A stretch of DNA of 64,000 bases from Gammaproteobacteria bacterium (GCA_018667355.1 JABIVC010000013.1:74305-138304), one strand, 5' to 3'. Numbered from the stretch's first letter, positions 1 to 11,150 are shown. Notes: generated from the sequence alone by a model not told the origin. Numbers and translations are program-made.

Positions 1-606
1 TCTGGCTCTTTCACTGAGGGTAGATTATGCGCTAAAGCTGCAGTTCAATATATTAATGATGGCCGTGCTAATGGTATTACTGTGACAGATGGTCAATGTG
101 AAAAATTAAAAGAAGTTATTTATAAACCTCTTGAGAACTTTACAGTTGGCCGTAATGAAATTACAGCAGGTACAGTATCTCCAAGTTACTTATTACCAAT
201 CCAAGGTCTACAGAGACTCCAAAAAATAATGGATGAATATGTAGGTGGAATTGGTACTAACTATATGACTAATGGAGCTGGTTTAAAGCGTGGATTAGAA
301 CTTCTTGGAATTTTAGAAGAAGATCTAGAGCATGTTGGAGCAGAAGACTTGCATCAATTAATGAGAGCATGGGAATTAAAGCATCGTGCATTAGTTTCTC
401 AATGTGTTGCTGAGCATACAATGTTCCGTGAAGAGACACGTTGGCCTGGATATTACTACAGGGGCGACTTCTTGAAATTGGATGATGAAAATTGGCACTG
501 CTTAACTGTTTCAAGACGTGATCCTAAGACAGGTAAATTTGAATTAGAAAAAGCTCCTCTATATCATCTTATTGATGATGAAGTTGATGATGAGCAGAAA
601 GCATAA
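1..606 (+). CDS. aprA: adenylylsulfate (APS) reductase alpha subunit, C-terminal fragment (5' end lies outside the window)
   Basis: The ORF frame stays open back to base 1. The C-terminal region (RWPGYYYRGD...DDENWHC...DPKTGKF) resembles the AprA C-terminal domain. Confidence 0.55.
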   Translation, partial: SGSFTEGRLCAKAAVQYINDGRANGITVTDGQCEKLKEVIYKPLENFTVGRNEITAGTVSPSYLLPIQGLQRLQKIMDEYVGGIGTNYMTNGAGLKRGLELLGILEEDLEHVGAEDLHQLMRAWELKHRALVSQCVAEHTMFREETRWPGYYYRGDFLKLDDENWHCLTVSRRDPKTGKFELEKAPLYHLIDDEVDDEQKA

Positions 607-639
607 TTAGTTATATATTTTTTAATATATGAGTGAATT

Positions 640-990
640 ATGAATCTAGTTGAAATGACGGATGAAGAAATCTTAAAAATTGCTAATCCAATTTGGAATG
701 GACTTGTGGAATCATCTAATAAAAAAGATTATGGTGGTTTCACAAAACATTTTTCTCAAGAAATGTTATTTGGCGCAAATGAAGTCGAGATAGGTAAGCA
801 ATGGGCTGCTAACAAAATGCTAACGAGCCTATCCAAAGAGAGAGAGTTTTGCGGTTGTCTAAGGCGTAATGAACATGTAACTGTTCTATTCAAACAAACC
901 AGTTCAGAAGTCGAAGGCGAATATCTAGGTAGATTAGTATTAGGTATTGAAGATGATTCAATAAAGGTCTTTGGTGCAACGATATTTTAG
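640..990 (+). CDS. conserved hypothetical protein (116 aa) immediately downstream of aprA
   Basis: Intact ORF 33 bp after the aprA stop. No recognisable motif. Confidence 0.4.
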   Translation: MNLVEMTDEEILKIANPIWNGLVESSNKKDYGGFTKHFSQEMLFGANEVEIGKQWAANKMLTSLSKEREFCGCLRRNEHVTVLFKQTSSEVEGEYLGRLVLGIEDDSIKVFGATIF

Positions 991-1028
991 AGCCATATTA
1001 TCGTACTAAAGTTAATTAAGTAAGCTCA

Positions 1029-1535
1029 ATGAAATTAAGCCCGAATATTATACAAGATAGCGTCTTTAGAATAATAATATTGTCTGACACACATTCTTAT
1101 TTAAATCCTGCTATTTATAACATTATTAAAAAGGATGATTATGTTATTCACGCTGGAGATATTTTAGATTATGAAATACTTGAGAATATTAAACTTACAT
1201 CAAAAAAATTATATGCCGTGAACGGTAATAATGATGATTATAGTGATCTGAAAGACATAGAAGTTATAAGTACACCTATTGGCAATATTGTTGTCACTCA
1301 TGGTCACAAGCACTATCCTGATTATCATGACTCACTAAGAAATACCTTCTCTGATGCGTTAATTATTATATATGGTCATACACATCATCATGTCTTGGAT
1401 ATGGCTAAAAAACCATATATTGTCAATCCTGGTGCTGCTGGTAAAACAAGAACACAGGGTGGCGCATCATGCATTGTACTCTCAAATAGTAGTGATGGAT
1501 TTAGCTTAGAATTGAAAAAATTTAATCCTGAATAG
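1029..1535 (+). CDS. metallophosphoesterase (YfcE/MJ0936-type phosphodiesterase)
   Basis: Calcineurin-like motifs: IILSDTHS, GD..D, GNND, VTHGH, GHTH. Confidence 0.6.
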   Translation: MKLSPNIIQDSVFRIIILSDTHSYLNPAIYNIIKKDDYVIHAGDILDYEILENIKLTSKKLYAVNGNNDDYSDLKDIEVISTPIGNIVVTHGHKHYPDYHDSLRNTFSDALIIIYGHTHHHVLDMAKKPYIVNPGAAGKTRTQGGASCIVLSNSSDGFSLELKKFNPE

Positions 1536-1550
1536 TGATTTTAATAAAGC

Positions 1551-1578
1551 TTGACTTATGATCAAAACAGACTAATAT
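1551..1578 (+). promoter_or_regulatory. candidate sigma70 promoter for trxA (-35 TTGACT, 16-bp spacer, -10 TAATAT); RBS AAGAGGAAGG precedes the ATG at 1645
   Basis: Hexamers read directly in the sequence. Confidence 0.3.
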
Positions 1579-1644
1579 ATTAATATTCGTAGGCAAATCA
1601 CAACTCAATTCAAAGTATAAATATAATTAAGAGGAAGGTTTATA

Positions 1645-1968
1645 ATGAGTTTAGTACTTAATATTACAGATGATAGTTTTGAAACTGATGTTCTAAAATC
1701 AGAAATACCAGTATTGATAGATTTTTGGGCAGAATGGTGTGGACCATGTAAAGTATTAGGACCAATTATAGATGACCTTGCTCCTGAATTTGATGGTAAA
1801 GTTAAATTCACAAAGCTAAACATCGATGAGAATCCATCAACTGCTCCAAAGTATGGAATTAGAGGCATACCTACATTAATGATTTTCAAAAGTGGCGAGT
1901 TAAATGCTACATCTGTAGGAGTTTTAACTAAATCTGAGTTAACAAATTTTATAAAAGAGAACCTATAA
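1645..1968 (+). CDS. trxA: thioredoxin
   Basis: WCGPC active site; 107 aa. Confidence 0.9.
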   Translation: MSLVLNITDDSFETDVLKSEIPVLIDFWAEWCGPCKVLGPIIDDLAPEFDGKVKFTKLNIDENPSTAPKYGIRGIPTLMIFKSGELNATSVGVLTKSELTNFIKENL

Positions 1969-2045
1969 CTCACCGGTATTCATATATTAAATTAAAAATA
2001 ACTATTTTCAAAAATAACCAATTCTAACTAACCAATTAAAAAAAT

Positions 2046-3302
2046 ATGAACCTAACTGAATTAAAAGAAAAACCAATCCAAGAACTTGTAGCTATTGCGG
2101 AAAAAATGGGTGCCGAGAATGTCGGTAGACTTAGAAAGCAAGATGTTATTTTTACAATTTTAAAAAACCATTCCTCTAGTGGAGAGGATATATCTGCTGG
2201 GGGTGTTTTGGAGATATTACAAGATGGTTTTGGATTTTTAAGAAATGCCAGCAGCTCATATCTAGCTGGCCCTGATGATATATATGTTTCTCCTAGCCAA
2301 ATTAGAAAATTTTCATTACGTACAGGTGATACTGTTGAAGGTAAAATTAGACCACCAAAAGAAGGAGAAAGATATTTCGCACTACTTAAAGTTGATAATG
2401 TGAATTTTGATTCTACTGAAAATTCTAAACATAAAATCTTATTCGAAAATCTTACACCTCTCCATGCAAATGATCGATTAAGACTTGAATGTGGCAATGG
2501 AAGTAAAGAAGACATGTCAGGACGCTTAGTTGATATTGCAGCCCCTATCGGCAAGGGTCAAAGAGGTTTAATTATTTCACCACCCAAGGCTGGCAAAACA
2601 ATCATGCTTCAACAAATAGCTCAGAGTTTAACTGCTAATAACCCTGACTCTATTTTAATAGTTTTGTTGATTGATGAAAGACCTGAAGAGGTTACAGAAA
2701 TGTCACGTATGGTACGAGGTGAGGTTGTAGCAAGTACTTTCGATGAACCAGCTCATAGACATGTACAAGTGGCAGAAATGGTTATAGAAAAAGCAAAACG
2801 ATTAGTTGAACATAAAAAGGATGTAATTATTCTTCTTGATTCTATTACAAGATTAGCAAGGGCATATAATACGATAGCGCCTTCATCTGGGAAAGTATTA
2901 TCTGGTGGAGTAGATGCCAATTCTTTAACTAAGCCAAAAAGATTTTTTGGGGCAGCTAGAAATATTGAAGAGGGTGGTAGTTTGACAATATTGGCAACAG
3001 CTCTCATTGATACAGGCTCTAAAATGGATGAAGTTATTTATGAAGAGTTTAAGGGTACGGGTAATATGGAAGTACATCTTGACAGAAGAATAGCTGAAAA
3101 AAGAATATATCCTGCTATCAATATTAATCGCTCAGGAACTAGACGTGAAGAGTTACTAACAACTCCAGATGAATTACAAAAAATATGGATCTTAAGAAAA
3201 GTACTGCATTCAATGGATGAGTTAGATGCCATGGAGTTTATGCTTAATAAATTACAATCAACAAAAACTAACTCTGAGTTTTTTGATTCGATGAAGAGAT
3301 AA
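2046..3302 (+). CDS. rho: transcription termination factor Rho
   Basis: 418 aa, with N-terminal RNA-binding region, Walker [13 protein letters not shown] and Rho-typical C-terminus. Confidence 0.92.
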   Translation: MNLTELKEKPIQELVAIAEKMGAENVGRLRKQDVIFTILKNHSSSGEDISAGGVLEILQDGFGFLRNASSSYLAGPDDIYVSPSQIRKFSLRTGDTVEGKIRPPKEGERYFALLKVDNVNFDSTENSKHKILFENLTPLHANDRLRLECGNGSKEDMSGRLVDIAAPIGKGQRGLIISPPKAGKTIMLQQIAQSLTANNPDSILIVLLIDERPEEVTEMSRMVRGEVVASTFDEPAHRHVQVAEMVIEKAKRLVEHKKDVIILLDSITRLARAYNTIAPSSGKVLSGGVDANSLTKPKRFFGAARNIEEGGSLTILATALIDTGSKMDEVIYEEFKGTGNMEVHLDRRIAEKRIYPAININRSGTRREELLTTPDELQKIWILRKVLHSMDELDAMEFMLNKLQSTKTNSEFFDSMKR

Positions 3303-4646
3303 TTAATTTCCTATATCTTCTCTGAAGAATACTAAATTATTATTTTCAATTTTCATATCTTTATCTTCGAAAATTTTAATTTTCTTTATATTTTTATATG
3401 CAAGATTTACTGCTTCTTTTTGATTTTCAGCATATACATTAATCGTAAGAATTCTTCCACCTGTTGTACATATTCTATTATCATCTAATACTGTCCCAGC
3501 ATGGAATAATTTAACTGTTTTGCTTTCTTCAACATTATTAGTATCAATATAAAACCCCTTTTTATATTCTTCAGGATAACCTTTAGCTGCTAAGACAATT
3601 GTGCAACAGTAGCCCCTATTATTATGATTAAAATTTTCTATGTTTAGGTCTTGAATCTTAATTGTTGGGTCATTAAAAATCATTTCTAAAAAATCAAAAT
3701 TTTGATTTTCTAAAGATAACATTAGGTTTTGAGTCTCAGGATCACCCATACGGCAGTTATATTCCAGGACTTTAACTTTATTAGTACTATCCACCATTAA
3801 TCCTATATATAGAAAACCCAAATATTTAACATTAGTTTTTTTATTATAATCATTGATTCCATTTATTGTTTTAACTAAAATCTTTTCAATATCAAGATAT
3901 AGCTTATATACTTCATTCTTATGTTCATAGCTTAAGGGATGGCTCACAGCTCCCATACCCCCTGTATTTGGACCAGAGTTATATTCATCACGAGACTTAT
4001 AGTCTTTAGTCCATGGCAGACCTATTTCAAAACTACATCCCTTATAATTGCATATATATATTGCTGATAATTCCTGTCCACTTAGGAATTCCTCTATAAC
4101 AATAAATTCTGAATAGTCGGGATTCAATAGTTTATCTATAGCGCTAATTGACTCTTCCACTGATGAGGAAACAATTACTCCTTTGCCTGCAGCTAAGCCA
4201 TCAGCTTTTATTACTATTGGATGCTTCTTGTTAGCAACATAAGCTTTAGCCTGATCTTGATTTGAAAACATCTGATATTCAGCTGTTGGAATATCATAAT
4301 TTATCATAAATTCCTTAGAGAAAACTTTAGACCCTTCTAATAATGAATGTTCTTTTGTAGGCCCAAAAATTTTTAAATTATGCTCAAAAAATTTATTAAC
4401 AATACCCTCTACCAATGGAACTTCGGGCCCAACTATTGTTAGAATAACGTTGTTTGTTTTAACGAAATTTATGAGACTATTAATATCAGAAATATTGATA
4501 TCAATATTTTCTATATCTTTTTCTAATGCTGTTCCAGCATTACCAGGACAAACAAAAACTTTTTGTACTTTTGGAGATTTAGAAATCTTCCATGCAATTG
4601 CATGCTCTCTCCCACCTTGACCAATCACTAATATATTTTGTTTCAT
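3303..4646 (-). CDS. purD: phosphoribosylamine--glycine ligase
   Basis: N-terminus ILVIGQGGREHAIAWK plus ATP-grasp body; about 15 residues longer than E. coli PurD. Confidence 0.85.
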   Translation of the reverse strand: MKQNILVIGQGGREHAIAWKISKSPKVQKVFVCPGNAGTALEKDIENIDINISDINSLINFVKTNNVILTIVGPEVPLVEGIVNKFFEHNLKIFGPTKEHSLLEGSKVFSKEFMINYDIPTAEYQMFSNQDQAKAYVANKKHPIVIKADGLAAGKGVIVSSSVEESISAIDKLLNPDYSEFIVIEEFLSGQELSAIYICNYKGCSFEIGLPWTKDYKSRDEYNSGPNTGGMGAVSHPLSYEHKNEVYKLYLDIEKILVKTINGINDYNKKTNVKYLGFLYIGLMVDSTNKVKVLEYNCRMGDPETQNLMLSLENQNFDFLEMIFNDPTIKIQDLNIENFNHNNRGYCCTIVLAAKGYPEEYKKGFYIDTNNVEESKTVKLFHAGTVLDDNRICTTGGRILTINVYAENQKEAVNLAYKNIKKIKIFEDKDMKIENNNLVFFREDIGN

Positions 4647-4648
4647 GA

Positions 4649-6208
4649 CTAATGCTTAAATACTCTCACGCCACTCATAACCATCGATATATTATGCTTA
4701 TCAGCAATAGCTATTATCTCCTTATCTTTAATAGAGCCACCGGGCTGTATAATACTAGAAACACCAATTTTTTTAGCTAAGTCAATATTATCTCGAAATG
4801 GAAAAAAAGCCTCTGATGCCATTACACATCCTTTTAGTGATAAACCATGTTTATTAGCTTTTGTTTTAGCAATATTAGTCGAATCAATCCTACTCATTTG
4901 ACCTGCACCAATTCCAAGAGTTTTTCTATTTTTAACAAAGACTATGGCATTTGATTTGACATATCTTGCTACTTTAAATGCAAATAGTAAATCATCAATT
5001 TCTCTATTAGATGGTTTTTTAACTGTTACTGCTTTTAAATTTTTAGATGTAATTACTTTAGTATCACTTTCTTGAATTAAGAATTTGCTTTGTAAGGACT
5101 TAATCTCAAGTTTGGAGCCACCTTTAACAGATTTTCCTACTTTAAGAAGCCGTATGTTTGGTTTGGATTTAATAATTTCAATGCATGCTTTACTATAACT
5201 AGTTGCGACTATAACTTCTACGAATTGTTGATTAATAATTTTTTTTAAAACCTTTTCATCCATACTTTTATTGAAAGCAATTATCCCTCCAAAAGCTGAA
5301 ATAGGATCTGTGGCATATGCATTATTATAGGCTGCCATAAGATTATTGCATTCTGCTACACCGCAAGGGTTTGCATGTTTTACGATTACACAAGACGGGT
5401 TCTTAAATTGACGCACACATGAAAGTGCACTCTCAGTATCAACTAAGTTATTATAAGATAAATCTTTGCCTGATAATTGTGTGAAATCAAAACCTTCTGT
5501 TCTAGGATATTTTATATTATATAGACTAGCATTTTGATGCGGGTTCTCACCGTATCTTAAATTATTAACCTTTTCTAGAGTAATATTAATCTTTGATGGT
5601 AGATTCTCTTTTTTAGCATTTTCTGGATTTACTAGATAATGATGAATCATAGCATCATATTCTGAAATCTTTCGGAATACCTTAATAGCTAATTTTTTTC
5701 TCATGGTCATGCTAGTCTGATTACTAGTAGTAATTTCCTTAATGACATCCTTATAGTCCTCAGGATCAGTAATAACAGTCACTCTACTATGATTTTTTGC
5801 AGCAGCTCTCAACATTGTGGGTCCACCAATATCTATATTTTCAATTGCATCTTCGTATTTACAGTTAATCTTCGATATTGTTGATTCAAAAGGATATAGA
5901 TTGACCACCACCATGTCTATGAGTGAGTAATTCGAATTTTTTAGAGAATCGATGGATTTTTTGTCTTTAGCAAGTATTCCTGCATGAATAATTGGATGTA
6001 GAGTTTTAACACGACCTTCCAGAATTTCATCAAATTTAGTGAACTCTGATATTGATATATTAGGTATTTTTTTTGATGAGAGGAATTTTGCAGTACCCCC
6101 AGTCGAAAGAATTATATAATTATGCTTAATTAGCGACTTAGCAAATTTATCGATTTCAGTTTTGTCAGAAACGCTTATAAGTGCAAATTTCATTCCTTCT
6201 TGCCCCAT
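4649..6208 (-). CDS. purH: bifunctional AICAR transformylase / IMP cyclohydrolase
   Basis: MGS-like N-terminus (ALISVSDK) and AICARFT domain. The start may be the internal Met at 6193. Confidence 0.9.
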   Translation of the reverse strand: MGQEGMKFALISVSDKTEIDKFAKSLIKHNYIILSTGGTAKFLSSKKIPNISISEFTKFDEILEGRVKTLHPIIHAGILAKDKKSIDSLKNSNYSLIDMVVVNLYPFESTISKINCKYEDAIENIDIGGPTMLRAAAKNHSRVTVITDPEDYKDVIKEITTSNQTSMTMRKKLAIKVFRKISEYDAMIHHYLVNPENAKKENLPSKINITLEKVNNLRYGENPHQNASLYNIKYPRTEGFDFTQLSGKDLSYNNLVDTESALSCVRQFKNPSCVIVKHANPCGVAECNNLMAAYNNAYATDPISAFGGIIAFNKSMDEKVLKKIINQQFVEVIVATSYSKACIEIIKSKPNIRLLKVGKSVKGGSKLEIKSLQSKFLIQESDTKVITSKNLKAVTVKKPSNREIDDLLFAFKVARYVKSNAIVFVKNRKTLGIGAGQMSRIDSTNIAKTKANKHGLSLKGCVMASEAFFPFRDNIDLAKKIGVSSIIQPGGSIKDKEIIAIADKHNISMVMSGVRVFKH

Positions 6209-6463
6209 TTATATGCTTATACCATAGTCTTTGATTCTTTTTATCAATGTTCCTCTATTAATACCTAAATAACTAGCAGTCTTAGTGACATTGCCACCTA
6301 AATGAGATAAAACTGCAGATATTAAAGATTTTTCAACTTCTGTAACAAATAAGCTATGTAAGTTACTAACCCCTTGACCATTCATTTTGTTAATGTATGC
6401 AAGAGTTTCATTTTTAATAGTTTTACTAAGAGAGCTAACAGCAATCTTTTTTATTTTTTCCAT
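6209..6463 (-). CDS. fis: Fis-family DNA-binding protein (short, 84 aa)
   Basis: C-terminal HTH GINRGTLIKRIKDYGI aligns to E. coli Fis GINRGTLRKKLKKYGM. Confidence 0.7.
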   Translation of the reverse strand: MEKIKKIAVSSLSKTIKNETLAYINKMNGQGVSNLHSLFVTEVEKSLISAVLSHLGGNVTKTASYLGINRGTLIKRIKDYGISI

Positions 6464-6572
6464 TATTTAAAAATACCCCTATGATATCAATGTCAAATTA
6501 CAATGATAAGTTTTCAAAGAAACATTTTTATTATACTACAGTTATAAAGGTTATTGATAAAGAGAAAAGTTG

Positions 6573-7916
6573 TTAATTTTTCTTAATGAACTGATTTAAT
6601 GTATTTATGGTGAAGTCTCCATTAACAAAAAAGTCACTAGTTAATAAGCGTTTGTGCAGAGGAATATTGGTCTTAATACCTTCGATGACAGTTTCATCTA
6701 ATGCGAACAACATTTTTTTGATAGCCGTAGTTCTATCTTCGGCATGTGTAACAATCTTAGCTATTAATGAGTCATAATTCGGAGGTACATCGTACCCTGA
6801 GTAAATATGCGAATCTACTCTGACACCAGGCCCACCAGGCGCATGAAACAAGCTTATGTGACCTGGTGAGGGCATAAATGTTTCAGGATCTTCAGCATTT
6901 ATTCTGCATTCTATGGAATGACCTCTGAATGTAACATCTTTCTGGGTCAGTCTTAGCTTTTCATTGGAAGCAACTAAAATTTGTTCAGAGATTAAATCAA
7001 TTCCAGTTAAAAATTCACTTACCGGATGTTCTACTTGTATTCTCGTATTCATTTCAATAAAACTAAAAGAGCCGTCTTGGTATAGAAATTCAAAAGTACC
7101 TGCACCGGTATACCCAAGTTTTTTACAAGCATCTGTACATATTTTGCCAATTTTACTAATTTCTCCCCTCGAGATTTTTACTGCAGTCGTTTCCTCTATT
7201 ACTTTTTGATTTCTTCTTTGAAGAGAACAGTCTCTCTCACCTAGGTGGATTGCATTTCCATGATTATCACAAAGCACTTGAATTTCAATATGCCTAGGTT
7301 TATCAAAATATTTTTCAAAATATAGGTCACCATTGCCAAATGCATTTTCAGCTTCTGACTTTGTAATATTCATTGCATCTGGTAGGTCCTTGGGATTACT
7401 TACAATCATCATTCCTCGACCACCACCACCATGTATGGCTTTTAACATTATTGGAAATCCAATTTCTTTAGCAGATTTTGTAACTTTAATAGGGTCGTCA
7501 GATAAAATACCATCATAGCCTGGTATACAGGGTACACCAAACCCCTTCATTGCAGTTTTAGCTTTAATTTTATCACCCATCTTTTTTAAGACTTTACTTG
7601 ATGGACCAATGAAAATAAATTTATTTGATTCAACAATTTCTGCAAACTGAGCTGACTCTGATAAAAACCCATAACCAGGATGTATTGCATCTGCATTTGT
7701 AAGTTCAGCTGCACTTATGATTGACGGGATGTTCAGATAACTTTTTTTAGGGTCTGCTGAACCTATACATACTGATTCATCAGCCATTTTTACATGAGGT
7801 AATTGTCTGTCTGCTGTTGAATGTACAGCTACAGTCTTTATACCTAATTTTTTGCATGCTCGTAATATACGTAGAGCTATTTCGCCTCTGTTGGCAATTA
7901 AAACTTTTTGAATCAT
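6573..7916 (-). CDS. accC: acetyl-CoA carboxylase, biotin carboxylase subunit
   Basis: 447 aa; ATP-grasp biotin carboxylase with KVLIANRGEIALRILRAC N-terminus. Confidence 0.92.
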   Translation of the reverse strand: MIQKVLIANRGEIALRILRACKKLGIKTVAVHSTADRQLPHVKMADESVCIGSADPKKSYLNIPSIISAAELTNADAIHPGYGFLSESAQFAEIVESNKFIFIGPSSKVLKKMGDKIKAKTAMKGFGVPCIPGYDGILSDDPIKVTKSAKEIGFPIMLKAIHGGGGRGMMIVSNPKDLPDAMNITKSEAENAFGNGDLYFEKYFDKPRHIEIQVLCDNHGNAIHLGERDCSLQRRNQKVIEETTAVKISRGEISKIGKICTDACKKLGYTGAGTFEFLYQDGSFSFIEMNTRIQVEHPVSEFLTGIDLISEQILVASNEKLRLTQKDVTFRGHSIECRINAEDPETFMPSPGHISLFHAPGGPGVRVDSHIYSGYDVPPNYDSLIAKIVTHAEDRTTAIKKMLFALDETVIEGIKTNIPLHKRLLTSDFFVNGDFTINTLNQFIKKN

Positions 7917-7917
7917 A

Positions 7918-8376
7918 TTATTTTATTATAAATAGTGGTTGTCCAAATTCTACAGGTTCAGAGTCATTTACAAGAATTTTAATAATTGTACCACTTTTCT
8001 CAGCTGTAACCTGGTTCATCATTTTCATGGCTTCTAGAATGCATACTGTATCACCTTTGTTAACTTTCTGCCCTTCTTCCACAAAAGCTTTTGAGTCTGG
8101 AGATGCAGCTCTATAAAAAGTACCAACCATTGGAGATTCGATAGTATCACCTTCTGGCAAAGCTTGTTCTTTAGTGGAAGCTTCGGGTGTAATTTCCTTC
8201 GTAATAGGTTGCTGAGTCTGCGCAATTGGCATTACTGGCTGGTTAACCGGTATAGGTTGTTGATACTGTATGTTACGCGAGAGTTTTATAGATTCTTCCC
8301 CCTCTTTAACTTCAATTTCTGCTATACCGGAATCTTCTAGTAATTCCATTAGCTTTTTAATTTTCCGTAAGTCCAT
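7918..8376 (-). CDS. accB: acetyl-CoA carboxylase, biotin carboxyl carrier protein
   Basis: EAMKMMNQ biotinyl-lysine motif; 152 aa. Confidence 0.9.
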   Translation of the reverse strand: MDLRKIKKLMELLEDSGIAEIEVKEGEESIKLSRNIQYQQPIPVNQPVMPIAQTQQPITKEITPEASTKEQALPEGDTIESPMVGTFYRAASPDSKAFVEEGQKVNKGDTVCILEAMKMMNQVTAEKSGTIIKILVNDSEPVEFGQPLFIIK

Positions 8377-8378
8377 AC

Positions 8379-8822
8379 TTAATTACTCCTAATATATTTT
8401 AAAGCCTGCATAAATGCATAACTATAACCATTTACACCTAGACCAACTATAACTCCAACACTTAGATCACTTAGAAATGATTTTTTTCTAAACTCTTCTC
8501 TTTTATGTATATTAGAAATATGTATTTCTATAAAAGGTATTTGAGTTCCCAAGAAAGTATCTCTCAAAGCTATACTAGTATGAGTTAGTGGGCCAGGATT
8601 GATAATAATAAATTTTGTAGAATTTTTTTTTGCCACTTGGATACTATCAATAATTTGATGTTCTGCATTTGATTGCATAAAGCTCATTGAAATATTTTCA
8701 TCATCAGCGAGTTTTTGTAGACTATTTTCCACATCATTGAGACTTTCTTTGCCATATATTTCTGGCTCTCTCGTTCCGAGTAGATTTAAGTTCGGACCAT
8801 TAATGATTAATATATCTGTCAA
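8379..8822 (-). CDS. aroQ: 3-dehydroquinate dehydratase, type II
   Basis: [21 protein letters not shown] signature; conserved aroQ-accB-accC order. Confidence 0.85.
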   Translation of the reverse strand: MTDILIINGPNLNLLGTREPEIYGKESLNDVENSLQKLADDENISMSFMQSNAEHQIIDSIQVAKKNSTKFIIINPGPLTHTSIALRDTFLGTQIPFIEIHISNIHKREEFRKKSFLSDLSVGVIVGLGVNGYSYAFMQALKYIRSN

Positions 8823-8888
8823 AATTATCCCTTTATTGAATTTTAATAGAAATTAACAGATTTTAAGAGAATATACAAGAAAATTATT

Positions 8889-10655
8889 TTATTTTAAAGA
8901 TATGCGCATATTGATGTTTTGATAGACCTGAATAAAATCATCTGCGTCTATAAATCCAACAATTCTCGCATTCCTTATTTCTTCGCCATCATTATTGAAA
9001 AATAATATTGTTGGTGGACCAAATAACTTATAATCTTTTAAGAATTTTGAGTTGTCATCGTTTGTTTTCGTTATATCTAATTTGATTAGATTTAAATTTT
9101 GCAATAACACAGATACTTTTTTTTCATTAAAAGTATACTTGTCTAATTCTTTACAAGCAACACACCAGTCTGCGTATAGATCAACCATTGTAATTTTATC
9201 TGTGCTTTTTATATCAGCAAATAATTCTTTAGTGGTAGTAATATTTGTAAAACTTACTATCTGTGATTGCTCAATGAAACTATATATGGGATCAAAGTTT
9301 TTATTTATACTTACTCCATATATCTGCATACCAGAATAAATAAAGAGTAGGCTTGATAAAAATTTTACAACATACCTTGAAACCTTTTTATATACAATTA
9401 TTCTTAATAACCCTATTGCAGTTATCACCGATAAAATTGCCCATAAATATGCAGCTATCTCTATAGATACTACTCTTTCAATCAGCCAAATTGAAACTAC
9501 TAGAAATAATACTCCAAAAAATTTATTCGTAATTTCTAGATAAGGGCCAATTTTTTTTGTTACCTCTGATGCAGAGGTTCCTAGTATTAGTAATGGACTA
9601 CCCATGCCCATGCCTAATGAAAATAATGCAGCTCCCCCAATAATATAATCATTTGTCATTGATATGTATATTAGAGCACCTATAAGTGGCGCTGTTACGC
9701 ATGGACCGACTATTAAGGCTGAAAGAGACCCCATGATACCTACCCCTATATAGGTACCTGAGCTATTAGTGTTTGATTTTGATATAAGTAGTTTTTGTAT
9801 GTATGAAGGCATTTGTATTCTTATGATATTGAACATAGACATGGCAAGAATGATAAATAATGCTGCGAAGCTTATTAAAACATAAGGATTCTGCAAGCTT
9901 GCTTGGATATTTGTTCCAGATAATGCTATTAAAATACCGGCCACTGAATATGTGAATGACATTGATAAAACATACGTAAGTGAGAGAAGAAAAGATTTTT
10001 TAGTAGATATATCTTTCCCTTGTCCAACGATGATACCCGTCAATATTGGTATCATTGGAAATACACATGGAGTAAATGCTAAAAGTAAACCAGCTAAAAA
10101 AAATAAAGTAATATTTAGGATAACCGACTGTTCAGATAATTTTTGACTGAAAGAATGTTGGTTTTCACCCATATTAGTTTTTAATAGATATGAATCATGA
10201 CTCGCATACTGTTCAAGTGAAAACTTTTTTGTGACAGGAGGGTAACATAATCCTGCATCGGCACAACCTTGATATTTTATAATTAAATTTGTTTTGCTGG
10301 TTATTTTATCAAAATATATATTGGCTTTAGTAAAATTATAATAAACATCTACATCCCCAAAAAACTCATCTTTTTTCTTTTTACCATCTGGCATCTCAAC
10401 TTTTATAATTTTCATATCTGAGCTATCAACTGAAAATTCAAACATACCAACATAAAGGTAATAACCTTTTTCAATATCCCAGTTAATTTCAAGATGGTTG
10501 TCACCAACTATTTTTATTGATGGTTGGAACGCTTTATCTGGAGGCAGGAATTCTGTTTGATTTTTAATGATATCAGCACTTACAAAGCTGCCCCACATCA
10601 AGAACATCATGGCTAGAAAAGTCTTTTTGATATCGTATAACTTCATTATCTTCAT
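8889..10655 (-). CDS. dsbD: thiol:disulfide interchange protein DsbD
   Basis: Central TM domain with the FTPCVFPM cysteine pair and a C-terminal thioredoxin domain (WCVACK). Confidence 0.8.
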   Translation of the reverse strand: MKIMKLYDIKKTFLAMMFLMWGSFVSADIIKNQTEFLPPDKAFQPSIKIVGDNHLEINWDIEKGYYLYVGMFEFSVDSSDMKIIKVEMPDGKKKKDEFFGDVDVYYNFTKANIYFDKITSKTNLIIKYQGCADAGLCYPPVTKKFSLEQYASHDSYLLKTNMGENQHSFSQKLSEQSVILNITLFFLAGLLLAFTPCVFPMIPILTGIIVGQGKDISTKKSFLLSLTYVLSMSFTYSVAGILIALSGTNIQASLQNPYVLISFAALFIILAMSMFNIIRIQMPSYIQKLLISKSNTNSSGTYIGVGIMGSLSALIVGPCVTAPLIGALIYISMTNDYIIGGAALFSLGMGMGSPLLILGTSASEVTKKIGPYLEITNKFFGVLFLVVSIWLIERVVSIEIAAYLWAILSVITAIGLLRIIVYKKVSRYVVKFLSSLLFIYSGMQIYGVSINKNFDPIYSFIEQSQIVSFTNITTTKELFADIKSTDKITMVDLYADWCVACKELDKYTFNEKKVSVLLQNLNLIKLDITKTNDDNSKFLKDYKLFGPPTILFFNNDGEEIRNARIVGFIDADDFIQVYQNINMRISLK

Positions 10656-10733
10656 TATCTCAATAATTATATATATTGTATATTATCTACTATAGAAATT
10701 TTGTCTATAACTGATAGTGTAAGAGTTGATATT

Positions 10734-11150
10734 ATGAATTTAAAAAAAATTATCCCCATACTACTATTACTTATTCCAATAATTGAAATTATATTATTTA
10801 TTGAGATTGGGTCAATAATAGGAAGCTTCAACACCATATTAACGATATTTATCTCTGCTGCTATTGGCATTTATATTATTAAATATAATGCTGCTGGATA
10901 TATGACTGAAATACGCTCTAAAATTATGAAAGGCTTGAGGCCAGATGGGGAAATATTATCTGGCATAATAGTATTTATATGTGGCGTATTCCTGTTATTA
11001 CCTGGTTTTCTAACAGATTTTTTAGGTTTATTATTTCTTATTAGGCCAATAAGACTATTCTTTATTAAGAGTGACGTTATAACGCCCAAAAGACGCTCAA
11101 ATAGGTCTAAGGGAAGAGTAATTGACGTAGATCATACTGAAGACAAGTAA
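10734..11150 (+). CDS. fxsA: FxsA family inner-membrane protein
   Basis: LLLLPGFLTDFLGLLFLI motif. Start moved to the ATG at 10734 (the track's TTG at 10701 is less likely). Sits upstream of groES as in E. coli. Confidence 0.6.
   Translation: MNLKKIIPILLLLIPIIEIILFIEIGSIIGSFNTILTIFISAAIGIYIIKYNAAGYMTEIRSKIMKGLRPDGEILSGIIVFICGVFLLLPGFLTDFLGLLFLIRPIRLFFIKSDVITPKRRSNRSKGRVIDVDHTEDK

Noticed and set aside
505-530. TGGCAC...TTAA stretch resembling the -24 element of a sigma54 promoter, inside aprA.
   Set aside because: There is no TTGC -12 element at the correct spacing, and it lies within coding sequence.
10667-11089. Two minus-strand ORFs (10667-10870, 10871-11089) overlapping fxsA.
   Set aside because: They lie antisense to a gene with a clear FxsA signature. 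Their translations are isoleucine-rich runs typical of AT-rich antisense frames.
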